Positions 48,101 to 59,200 of a stretch of DNA of 64,000 bases are shown here, in pieces. Source of the DNA: Zootoca vivipara. Its lineage: Eukaryota. Numbering within the stretch: the stretch's first letter is position 1; every line of letters begins with the position of its first letter. A model generated the notes under the pieces. That model was not told where the DNA came from. It searched no databases and worked only from the letters and a program-made list of their open reading frames with translations. The translations under genes were made by a program, and so were the position numbers. The stretch covers positions 682,001 to 746,000 of the forward strand of contig NC_083290.1 in assembly GCF_963506605.1 (NCBI RefSeq). The letters are read 5' to 3'.

Positions 48101-50949
48101 GTAACCTCTCCCCCCCTGCTCTGCGGACCCCCCAACCCCCGGGAAGGACACCCTGAGGGTCAGAGCTGTTTGGCAGTGGGACGGCCTCGCTCGCAAGGCG
48201 GTGTGCTCTTCTTCACTGGAGGTCTTAAAACGGGGCTGAGCTGGATGACCCCTGGGTGTCCCTCCCAACTCTACAGTATGATTCCATGATAATAATATAA
48301 TAATAGTTTTTTATTTATACCCCGCCCATCTGGCTGGGTTTCCCCAGCCACTCTGGGCGGCTTCCAACAGAAAAATAAAACATTAAAAGCCTCCCTGAAC
48401 AGGGCTGCCTTCAGATGTCTTCTAAAAGTCTGGTAGTTGTTTTCCTCTTTGACATCTGTTGGGAGGGCGTTCCACAGGGCAGGTGCCACCACCGAGAAGG
48501 CCCTCTGCCTAGTTCCCTGCAACTTGGCTTCTCGCAACGAGGGAACCGCCAGAAGGCCCTCGGCAGTGGGTCGCTGTGTCCGGGCAGAGCGATGGGGGTG
48601 GAGACGCTCCTTCAGGTATCCTGGACCGAGGCCATTTAGGGCTTTAAAGGTCAGCACCAACACTTTGAATTGTGCTCGGAAACGTACTGGGAGCCAATGC
48701 AGGTCTTTCAAGACCATGAAACAACTTGCTGTTGGAAGGGAGGGAACCCATGGATCTAAGGTGGGGAATCTTTTCCACACTGAGAGTCCACATGCCCAGT
48801 GTGTGCAGGACCAGTTTCTACTCCCGCTAGCATAAGGACATTAGATTGTGGCTGCTGGATCAGGCCAATGGCCCATCTAGTCCAGCCTCCTGTTCTCACA
48901 GTGGCCAGCCAGATGCCCCCGTGGGAAGCCTTGGCTCAGGGATTCTTTTGCTTTGCAGGGGGTTGGACTAGATGACTTTTGGGGTCCCTATGGATCAACC
49001 AAGGCCTTCTCTCCTGCCAAAGCTCATGCAAAGGCGGTCAGCAGCATACATGTCTGAGGCTTTGTGCCAGGGACCCTGGGCATGGAGTCCAGCCTCCCAT
49101 GGCTGGGAGCTCTCTCTCCTCCGGAAGAAAGAGTGGGAAAGGGAGCGGGTGCAAATGCTTCGAAATTTCTTGGAGAGAAGCCACGGCACCACATCGCCTG
49201 GGCCTGCTATGAAACTCTTGGGAAGGGTCCCATGGCCACCCACCCCTTTCCTGTCTCCTCCCAGAGATGCTCCATTCGCCTCTGCCCTGCAGCAGCGGAA
49301 AGTCCGCCTTGGAGGGGACAGACGTCTTCATCAGCTACCGGAGAGCCACTGGGGCGCAGCTGGCCAGGTGGGCAGGGGAATGCCAGGGAGCAGCAGCGCG
49401 GACCATTCACACGTATGGGCATGTCAAAGAGAAAAGCCTTCCTTTTTTCTTTCTGTAAAGAGCCAACTGTGTGATGTAGCAGCAGAAAAGGCGAATGCAA
49501 TTCTCTGCTGCATCAACAGAAGTCCAGTGTCCAGAGCAAGGGAAATAGGACCAGGATATGACCACTCTATCCTGGCTTGGGCACCTGGAATACTATGAGG
49601 AATAACTTTCTGGCAATAAGAGCTTTTTGATAGCGGAACAGACACCCTCATAAGGTGGTGGACTTTCATTGGAGGTTTTTAAAGAGAGCTTGGGTTGGGT
49701 TGGCCTGGATGACCCTTGGGGGTCCCTTCTGTCTCTATGATTCTATCAATTGCTTCTAATCTCTCAACCTCTCTGTGCAAGGAAGCAGGGGTTGGCCCAC
49801 GGCGGCTCTCCCCAACCCAATGTCATCCAGAGGGTGTTGGACTCCAACTCCCAGCAACCCCAGGTTGGCCGATGTTCAGGGTTGATGGGAGTTGTAGTCC
49901 ATGCGATCTCTGAAAGGTTGGTCCGAAAAGGTCGGCAGGATCTCTGACAAGCTGGGCTCAGAGCAAGGCTTGCAGTCCTCATTGGCCAGAAACATGTACC
50001 GGTAAGGGCACCATGAGACAGTGTAGAATTAACCTGCGGAACTCACTGCAACCACACTTTGCGCTACTGTTAGCAGCAGTAGTAGATTTTTACATGTTGC
50101 ATTTCTACAGGAGACCTGCGTTCTCTGGTGGGGGCGTAGGGAGAATAAAATGCACCCATTAAGACCTAAAAATAGGACGGTGAAATGGATCTAATTATCC
50201 TTAGCGTTGATATTGTAAGACTTTCGATGCGTTCAGAGCACTGGCTTATTAATTATGCATTTATTGTTCCGCTTTCTGAACAATTGCAGTCTCCCATAAT
50301 GGCTCATGTTAAGTAAAGATGGGGAAGGGCTGAGAAACCACAAGCACACACCAGGGGGGAGGGAGGGGGAGAGGAGGGCGTACGGACGTTATTTCCTTTA
50401 CAACAGCCCACTAAGGTAGGCCGGCAGCAGCTGTGGGAGGGTGTGCAGTTTGGACTGAGGTTGCAGCCGGAGGGGAAAGGGGGTTCTCCAACCCTTTCCC
50501 TTTATGCCATCGCCCTAAATCTCTCCTCTCTCCGGAGACTCAATCGGAAAGAGCCCAATTCTGGGTGCCTGGGTCAAACCACCCTTCCTTTCCTGCACCC
50601 CCCGCCCCGTTTTCGCTCCCCCAGTCTCCTGAAGGTCCACCTGCAACTGCACGGATTCAGCGTCTTCATCGACGTGGAGAAGCTGGAGGCCGGGAAGTTC
50701 GAGGACAAGCTGATTCAGAGCGTGATGAGCGCCCGGAACTTCGTGATGCTGCTTTCGCGCAACGCCCTCGATAAGTGCGTGGGGGACACTGAATGCAAGG
50801 ATTGGGTGCATAAGGTGAGAGGGCTTCACCCTGCCAGGGATCATAGCGTCTCTGTGTTTGGGGAGATAGGGAAGAAATTCAGAGAATCCTAGAAGGGTTG
50901 GACGGGGACCCCCAAGGCAGGGGTCTCCTTGGGGCTCCTGCCATCTTCC

Positions 50950-51003
<54 letters not shown>

Positions 51004-52411
51004 TATTATATATACCCTGCCCATCTGGCTGGGTTTCCCCAGCCACTCTGGGCGGCTTCCAACAGAAAATAAAACACAGTAATCTATTAAACATTAAAAG
51101 CCTCCCTGAACAGAGCTGCCTTCAGATGTCTTCTAAAAGTCTGGTAGTTGTTTTCCTCTTTGACATCTGTTGGGAGGGCGTTCCACAGGGCAGGCGCCAC
51201 CACCGAGAAGGCCCTCTGCCTAGTTCCCTGCAACTTTGCTTCTCGCAGCGAGGGAACCGCCAGAAGGCCCTCGGTGCTGGACCTCAGTGTCCGGGAAGAA
51301 TGATGGAGGTGGAGACGCTCCTTCAGGTATACTGGACCGAGGCCATTTAGGGCTTTAAAGGTCAGCACCATCCTTTGGACACGACCAAACCAGCATAGAT
51401 ATCACTGAGACAGGAGTGCAAACAGGCCGGGAATGTTTGCTCGAGAGGGCACATCTTTTGGGGAGACTTTGTCCTGCCACATTATGCCCAAATTCTTCCT
51501 GATACAATGTACATGGAAGCCAGCAGGACGAGAGGAAGGGAGATCACATTGGACAAGCTCACCCCTCCCTAAGCAAGATTTTCCTCCTCTCTTTATAAAT
51601 GCTTCACAGGAAATTGTCACAGCCCTGAGTAGCGGGAAGAACATTGTCCCGATCACGGACCACTTCGAATGGCCGGATCCAAAGACCCTCCCTGAGGACA
51701 TGAGAGCCATCCTGAAGTTCAACGGGATCAAGTGAGGAGTGTCCCTGGGGATAAGGCGGGCAGAGGGGGCAACACAGCCAGCTACTTTGCGGGAGAGAGG
51801 GGGGGTGCATCTGGGGAAACTCCGGGGAGACAAGGCTGAATCCGAAAGGGTTTGAAACCAATTGAATGCTAATAGCTTCAGGTGCAAAAGACGCTTTGAA
51901 GCACCAGGCTTGAAGTTGCACCCTTTCCCCTGCCCCTTTCCAAATCGGTGCTCCAGTTCATGCAGGGGGGAAATGGGGACCCCTGGGAAACTCAAGAGCT
52001 GCAGATTTCCCATGGCCCCTTCCACACCAAGTACCGCATGGCTTGGTTCAGCTTAGGGGTCCTCAGCAGGGGTCCCTCAGACCTTGTGGGGGCCGGACTA
52101 TATATTTTTTTTGGGTGGGGGAATGGACGAGGGATGATGAGCAGCGTGCGAAAGGGCTCCGGAGAGGGGCTGCTTACAAAGCCCAGCCCCCTTCCTCCTC
52201 TAGGCAGGGCAGGGAGAAGCCAGGAGGAGGGAGGGAGGGAGGGAGGAGCCCTGTGGTTCAGCTGTTTCATTTCCACTTCCCTTGCAGATGGTCCCACGAA
52301 TACCAAGACGCCACCATTGAGAAGATCATCCGCTTCCTGCAGGGCCGCTCCTCCCGGGATTCCTCCGCTGGCTCGGAAAACAGCCTGGACTGTGGGGCCC
52401 CTCAAAACTAG
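39186..52411 (+). CDS. SARM1: SARM1 NAD+ hydrolase (ARM-SAM-SAM-TIR), ~707 aa. Exons 39186-39610, 45964-46582, 46880-47092, 47414-47505, 47865-48100, 49265-49367, 50625-50814, 51610-51731, 52288-52411.
   Basis: N-terminus [14 protein letters not shown]; ARM motifs [18 protein letters not shown] and [10 protein letters not shown]; two SAM domains; TIR motifs [18 protein letters not shown] and KDWVHK|EIVTAL. The catalytic Glu codon is at 51610-51612. 2124 nt in frame, all introns GT-AG. Confidence 0.98.
40602..40806. mobile_element. Tc1/mariner-type MITE
   Basis: 21-bp TIRs CCGTGTTTCTCCTAAAATAAG (1 mismatch) with a TA TSD. Confidence 0.88.
41827..41955 (-). mobile_element. Short RTE-BovB 3' end
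   Basis: 12-bp TSD ATTCAGTCAACT (41815-41826 / 41956-41967). Confidence 0.9.
43706..44413 (-). mobile_element. CR1 LINE 3' fragment interrupted by a MITE
   Basis: The CR1 sequence resumes exactly after the TA at 44252-44253. Confidence 0.9.
43931..44251. mobile_element. Tigger-like MITE with an internal ~97-bp direct repeat
   Basis: TIRs CAGTGGTACCTTGGTTTATGAA / TTCATAAACCGAGGTTCCACTG with a TA TSD. Internal repeat at 43955-44051 / 44104-44200. Confidence 0.88.
45083..45523. mobile_element. hAT-type non-autonomous element with an internal palindrome
   Basis: TIRs CAGGTCCGGTGC / GCACCGGCCCTG with a perfect 8-bp TSD ATTCTGCA (45075-45082 / 45524-45531). Confidence 0.88.
48288..48715 (-). mobile_element. 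L2 LINE 3' fragment
   Basis: Encodes [25 protein letters not shown]. Confidence 0.9.
50950..51370 (-). mobile_element. L2 LINE 3' fragment
   Basis: Same subfamily as 48288-48715; long (TTA)n tail. Confidence 0.9.
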
Positions 52412-52807
52412 GGAGCTGGAAGGTGCTTCCCCCCAACGGAGCGGGCGGTGGGGCGGAGTGGGAAGAAGAGGGGGACCCTTTGCTTCTGTCCCCAAGTCTG
52501 CACTGGCCTAGAGAGTGGCCTCACCCCACTGCTGCAGCCCCTCCCCCCCAGCTTTTGCAGGCTCAGCCACTGCTGCTGCGTCAGTGCCCCCTGCTGGCTG
52601 CCTTTGGGATACGCCAATTAGGTTATGCAAAACTCCGGAAGACAGTTGGAGCAGCAAACTTTCTCCCTTGCTAGTGGCCTTTCACCAGAGGCTCTTAACT
52701 CTTTGTGTGCCTGGGTAAGATTTTTGGTTTCTCAACAAATTCGGTTATTACTTGGCTGTGGGGAAAGTAGTCGGGAAGGTGGCCTTTGTAGCCTTTATCT
52801 TGTATTA

Positions 52808-52813
52808 ATTAAA
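52808..52813 (+). terminator. Possible SARM1 polyadenylation signal
   Basis: ATTAAA ~400 nt after the stop, followed by GT/T-rich sequence. Confidence 0.45.
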
Positions 52814-53590
52814 GTATTTATCAGATTCTAGGCTCCAGAAGCTTCTTTAGGTGTCTGCTCATCTGTTTTTTAAAGCTAAGGAAATGGTAAGAGGTTTAGG
52901 AAATGACTGCATTTCAAACCCCTTCATAAACCCTCTAGAGATTGGAAGGAGCGGCAAAGTGGCCAAGTTCAGGGACGTTTAAACACAAAAGAGATTCCAA
53001 AGAGCTCCGAAACGGAGTGGATGGGTGGTAAAATGGCAAATGCAATTCAATGCAAACAAGTGTTAAATGATGCTGGGTCAAAAAAGTCTTAATTTCATGT
53101 ACCTGCTCATGGGGACCTGAATTGCAGGTGGCAGACCAGCAGTGAGACCTTGCGCTCCTAAGAGACAGCTCAGTGAGGCTGACCGAGTGACAATGCACAT
53201 CCCAGGCAAGGGATGGTTAGGAAAGGAACTGAGAACAAAACGGCCAGGATCATGAGGTCGTTATAGAAATCTATCGTGCGGCCACGTTTGGAGAACTGTG
53301 TGTAGTCCTCAAAAAGGAGATGTTCAGAAAAGGGAAGCCAAAACAGCCAAGGAGGTGGAAGAACGACTCCCAGCGTGAAGAAAGTCCGCAGCATTGGGGA
53401 TGTGAGAAAGAGGCGCCATGGTAGAAGTTCATAAGGTTATGTGTGGCGTGGAGAAAGAACAGGGCTGCTCACTACTCCTGGAAGGGACCCCCAAGGCTCA
53501 TCTAGTCCAACCCCCTGCAATGCAGGAATCGCATTTGACCTGTTGAAAAAAAACCCGGTGTGCCTCAGGAGTAGCAGCAGAACACAGCCC

Positions 53591-53818
53591 NNNNNNNNNN
53601 NNNNNNNNNNNNNNNNNNNNNNNNNNNNNNNNNNNNNNNNNNNNNNNNNNNNNNNNNNNNNNNNNNNNNNNNNNNNNNNNNNNNNNNNNNNNNNNNNNNN
53701 NNNNNNNNNNNNNNNNNNNNNNNNNNNNNNNNNNNNNNNNNNNNNNNNNNNNNNNNNNNNNNNNNNNNNNNNNNNNNNNNNNNNNNNNNNNNNNNNNNNN
53801 NNNNNNNNNNNNNNNNNN
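53591..53818. other. Assembly gap
   Basis: Run of 228 N. Confidence 1.
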
Positions 53819-54268
53819 ACTGCTCTCAGCCGCCGTCCCATCACCCAGCCTTTCCTGCCCGTGCCAGGCTCGTGGCCTCTCCTCTGTGGCCCCGGAGTGG
53901 CGTGGAGTTTGCAGAGTCAGGAGGAAACGTGAGCGGAGCTGGAAGGGAGCGTCAATTATACAGGCGCCCAAGTGAGCCGTTCCCCTGAATTATGGGTGCC
54001 TTTCAGTTGGAGGGTTGGAGGGAAGAGGGGGAGGAGGGGGAGACAGGGAACCAAGTGCCGAAGGAAGGTCTCCCCTCGGTCACCACCCAGTTCCCCCACA
54101 CAGGGCCTTGGTCTTTATGACCCCCAATGATTGCAATTTGCACCCCTGCCAGTCAATTTTAAGGACCAGATTCACAGGTCACTTGGAAGCTGCCTCTATA
54201 CCGAGCCAGACTACTGGGTTTGCCTGCACTGACTGGCAGCAGCGGCTCTGCAAGGGCATCCTTGAGAG

Positions 54269-55330
54269 CTAGTGTGGTGTAGTGGTTAAGAGTGGTAGAC
54301 TCGTAATCTGGGGAACCGGGTTCGAGTCTCCGCTCCTCTACATGCAGCTGCTGGGTGACCTTGGGCTAGTCACACTTCTCTGAAGTTTCTCAGCCCTACT
54401 CACCTCACTAAGAATAAGAATAAGAATAATTTATTTATACCCCGCCCATCTGGCTGGGTTTCCCCAGGCACTCTGGGCGGCTTCCAATAGAAATATTAAA
54501 ATACAATAATTTATTAAGCATTAAAAGCCTTCAGATGTCCTCTAAAAGTCTGGTAGTTGTTTTCCTCTTTGACATCTGTTGGGAGGGCGTTCCACAGGGT
54601 AGGTGCCACTACTGAGAAGGCCCTCTGCCTAGTTCCCTGTAATTTGGCATCTTGCAACGAGGGAACCGCCAGAAGGCCCTTGGCACTGGACCTCAGTGTC
54701 CAGGCAGAACGATGGAGGTAGAGACGCTCCTTCAGGTATACTGGACCGAGGCTGTTTAGTGCAGGCATCCCCAAGCTGCGGCCCTCCAGATGTTTTGGCC
54801 TACAACTCTCATGATCCCTAGCTAAGAGGACCAGTAGTCAGGGATGGTGGGAATTGTAGTCCAAAACATCTGGAGGGCCGAAGTTTGGGGGTGCCTGGTT
54901 TAGGGCTTTAAAGGTCAGCACCAACACTGAATTGGAAATTTACTGGGAGCCAATGTAGGTCTTTCAAGACCGGTGTTATGTGGTCTCGGCGGTCGCTCCC
55001 AGTCCCCAGTCTAGCTGCCGCATTCTGGTTTAATTGTAGTTTCTGGGTCACCTTCAAAGGTGGCCCCACATAGAGCGCACTGCAGTAGTCCAAGCAAGAG
55101 ATAACCAGAGCATGCACCACTCTGGCGAGACAGTCCGTGGGCAGGGAGGGTCTCATCCTGCGTACCAGACCCAGCTGCCCTGGATACAGAATTAACCTGC
55201 ACCTCCATGGACAGCTGTGAGTCCAAGCAGAGTGTTTGTTGTGGGAGAGGATGGGAAAGGAGAATGTTAGCCGCTTTGAGACTCCTTCGGGGAGGGATAA
55301 AGCGGGATATCAAATCCAAACTCTTCTTCA
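54269..55330. mobile_element. Nested cluster: tRNA SINE (+; 54269-54408 and 55228-55330) > L2 (-; 54409-55227) > hAT MITE (54762-54897)
   Basis: The SINE halves join to match the copy at 14240-14448. The MITE is the same family as 6927-7062, with TSD GTTTAGTG / GTTTAGGG. Confidence 0.82.
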
Positions 55331-55678
55331 TCACCGTCCTGCATGCAAACGGGCTGGAAATCACAGGAGGGAAAAGGGCGCTTAGGTTCTGCACTGTGAG
55401 AACGGGACGCTGGACTCAGTGGGCCCCTTTGGGCCCGATCCAGCAGCCTCTTCTGATGTTCCTGAATTGCCAGCTCTCCCTTCTTATCTGTTCTCTGTGC
55501 AGAAGGACAGGCGGAGGAGTGGGAAAACCCTCCCTCCCTCCCACGCCAGGCCCACCCCCAGGCCGAGATGCATCTCCAAGGCCGCTCTTTAGGGCCCCAG
55601 TTGGCACACCTCAGAGTACCAACGTGCCACAAAAGGGCAAAGAGAGGAGCGAGCATCTTATCAGCACACACCTCCAAC

Positions 55679-55684
55679 TTTATT
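55679..55684 (-). terminator. Likely SLC46A1 polyadenylation signal
   Basis: AATAAA on the - strand ~550 nt after the stop codon. Confidence 0.6.
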
Positions 55685-56237
55685 GTGACATGTCCTTTGA
55701 TGCACACCCTCGTCGAGGTGTGTCCGGGAGCCGTCTGCAACCAGCAATTTCCCCTTGAAGTAAGAATGGGGAAGCAAACTTGAGGAGTGGGGGGGGGACC
55801 ACCTCCCTTGGCACAGGAGAGCTAGCTGTCATCGAGAGATGGGCCGTCTCCCCCTTGGCACCCAAGCCCGTCCTAGAAGCCTGCTCTCTTGGGATGAACT
55901 CGCTGTCTCTGTTTCCTGGAGACTTGCGACAGACTGGGCTGGAAAGAGCGGCAGCTGCCCCACTAGAAAAGGAAAATACTCCCCACTGCTGGGGTGGGTG
56001 ATACCCCAGAACGGGGACGGAAGAAGAGATTCATGGGAGAGAAGAGGGGGCTTTCTTTGCGGTCTCCCCTAAAAGCCAATGTGAATGGCACACACAAAGT
56101 CGTCCCCCCCCCCGCCACTCCCCTGGCTACGATTCCTCCTCCCTGCTCCACAGATCTGAAGAAAGGTTCTAGTCCTCATGACACACCCAATCCAGTGGCA
56201 CAGAAATCACAGCATGTCTCAGGTGAAAGTCAGCTGG

Positions 56238-59200
56238 TCATTGTTCCGCCTCCTGCAGCGGACCAGGCATGTCGGCAAAGTGGCTGTAGTCGGGTTTCGA
56301 GTCCTGGATTTCAATCCAGCTGGGGGAGGGAGGGAGAGAGAGAGCGAGAGAGAGAAAAGGGGCAGAGTTAAGGACCTCCGAGGAATGGAGCCGATAGAGC
56401 CCAGGGTGTGCTGCAGCTGCACAAAAGGCAAATGCAATGCCAGGCGTCATTAGGAAAAGAAAAATTAAATTAAATGCAGCCATGATACAACTGCATTTGG
56501 AATACTGTGTACAGTTCTGTTCACCTCAAAAAGGGCATTGCAGAGAGGGAAAACGTTTCAGAAAAGGGCAACCCAAATGGATCAAGGGGGGGGTGGTGGA
56601 AGAAAAATTGTGTCGTTTGGGACTCTTTAGTTTAAATGGCAACATTAGAGGTGTTTATAAAATTCTGCAAGTGAATAGAGAAGACTGTCCCTCCCTCTCT
56701 CCTAACACTGGAACTAGTGGTGATCCCACGAAACTGATTGATGGAAGATTTAGGCAGAGTTAGACTGCGGAACTCCCTTCCACAGGAGACAGGGATGGCC
56801 ACCAACTTGGGTGGCTTTTAAAGAAGATTAGGCAAGTTGGAGGAGAGGGCTCTGGAGGGCTCCTAGCCAGGAGGCTCGGCTCTGCTTCCATGGTTGGAGG
56901 TGACAGCCATGCTTCTGAATCCCAGTTGCTGGAAACCGCAAGAGGGAAGAGTTGCTCTTGGGCTCGGATCCTGCTGGTGGGTTTCCCATTGGGGCATCTG
57001 GTTGGCCTCCGTGAGAACAGGAGGCTGGACTAGATGGGCCCCTTTGCCTGAACGAGCCAGGCTATCCTTACACAGGCTATCCTTACACACTATCCATTTC
57101 TTCCTATATAAATAACAACTAAATGCTGTCGTCACACTGCAGTTTGAGTAGCTGCCACTAGGGCTCCCTTTGGCCTGACTCAGCTGCAGCCAGGCTCCTC
57201 TTATGGGGTTTGAGGTGACCTTGCGATGCAGGAAGCCAGGGTGGTCAAGATGGAGAGAGGAGGACTTACCCGATGATGGCGGCTGGAACGAGGAGGATGA
57301 CGGCCCCAAAGAGGAAGGGGAATCCTTTCATGAAGGAGAGGCTGGCTGGGTAAAGGGAATTGAAGACCCCCGTGGCCACCAGCGAGCAGAGGCCTTCCAC
57401 GCAGGCCACGGCAGCAAAGAGAGCCCCTGGAGGGGAGAGCGGAGAGCTGAGGCACGCATGGGGCATGCCCCCAATGCCCCAACCCCAAATGGTGGGTGTT
57501 TTCATACAATCATAGAGATGGAAGGTGTACCCAAAGGTCCTCTAGTCCAACCCCTGCAATGCAGAAATTGCAGCTCAATTTCCTGACCTGACCTCTCCAG
57601 TCAACGAGAGACCATCTTATAAAGGAGTCTGCTCTTCCCAGGGTGCTGGGAACTGTAGTTCTGTGACGTCCAGACCTTCCTAGCTGGGGATCTGAACTTG
57701 CTCTTTGTCCCCAGCAACACACACACATAGGGAGCCTACCCAGGAGGGGTGTTTGGGAGAGAGGTGAGGTCCTCAAGCCTGTTGGGGAAGCGACTCCCAC
57801 CAACCACCCAAAAAATGTCTGAAACTCACGTTGTGCTTCTCCAGTAAATGCACAACCCCTGATTCTTGCAGCTCGTTCCAGCACCATTATTTCTGGATTC
57901 TGCCACGAGGACTAGAAACTTTTGAGTTTGTTTTTAGTCCTTAGGGTAGCAGTGGGAAGCTTTGGCCCTCCAAATATGACTGAACTACAATTCCCATCAG
58001 TCCTAGCTGTCAGCCATGTTTGCCCCAATGCATTGTGGGTCAGGTGATTTGGCTGTGGATCCCCGAACCCTTGCTTTGCTTACCTTGCTCCTTCTTGTCA
58101 ACCAGCCTGGATAACTTGGAGCGGATCACAGGCGTGACCGTCATGGAGAGGAAAAGGAGGCCGTATCCTGTCGGGGGAAGGAGGAGAAAGAAAACGAAGA
58201 GACCCACTGAAATGACTTCGGTTTGGGGCAAACTTAAGTGTCCTTGGATGTCCACCAACTGGCAACCAGAGGCCTTGACTGTCTCTGACAGTTAGTGCTC
58301 TCTAGGAATCTAGATAGACTGCCTCTGGGCCTGGAGGTTCCACAAGAGCATCATAAGAGCCTGCTGGATCAGGCCCAAGGGGCTCTGTTGGTAGGGTAGG
58401 AGGAGATGTTTAATCTCAGAGTCATGGGTTCAAGTCCCACATTGGGCAAAAATATTCCTGCATTGCAGGGAGCTAGATGAAACCTTGCGTTCCCTCCCCA
58501 CTCTACAATTCTGCGATTCTAGCACGGCATCCTGTGCCCATAGGGAAGGCCACTCAGGTCCTGCTTGTGATCTCCTCGCTTGCGCTTCCCACCCACCAGG
58601 GCTCACAGAATCTTATAATCATCCGAGGTGGAGGAGCACCCAGGGGTCATCTAGTCCCACCCCCGCAGTGCAGGAATTCAGAGGCACGCTGCCTCTCGAC
58701 ACTGAGGGTACGTAGCACAGAACGAAATGGATCAGGCCAGTGGCCCCTCTAGCCCAACACCCTGTCCCCACAGTGGCCAACCATATGCCCCCACAGGAAT
58801 CCCACAAGCAGGACCCGAGGGCAACAGTTCTTCAGTTCTGCACCGTCTATTCAGGGGTAGACTGCCCCTGAGCATGGAGGTTCTGTTCCCACAGTAGGCC
58901 TCCAAGCGGAGAGCCCGGTAGCAGGATCAGGCCAGGGACCCATCTGGCCCAGCATTCTACACAGATGCTTGGGAGATGGTGGACTCCCATTCCCTGGAGG
59001 TTTCTAAGCAGAGGCTTGGTGTCCATCTGCCGGGGGACTCTTTAGCTTTGACCCTTGCGCGGCTGGGGGGTTGGGCTAGATGGCCGCCAGGTGTCCCTTC
59101 CGACTCTCCAACCCTCAAGCAACGCCTCCTCTCCCAGGAGCAGCTCACCTGTGAACATCAGGGGTGTGGTGCTCGCCAGGGCGATCGTCCCCAGGCCCAG

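Noticed and set aside
38668-52411. SARM1 TIR NADase as a bacterial-type (Thoeris-like) defence system
   Set aside because: It is the canonical intron-containing vertebrate SARM1 in its conserved syntenic position.
53437-53971. ORFs spanning X runs
   Set aside because: Artefacts of the N gap.
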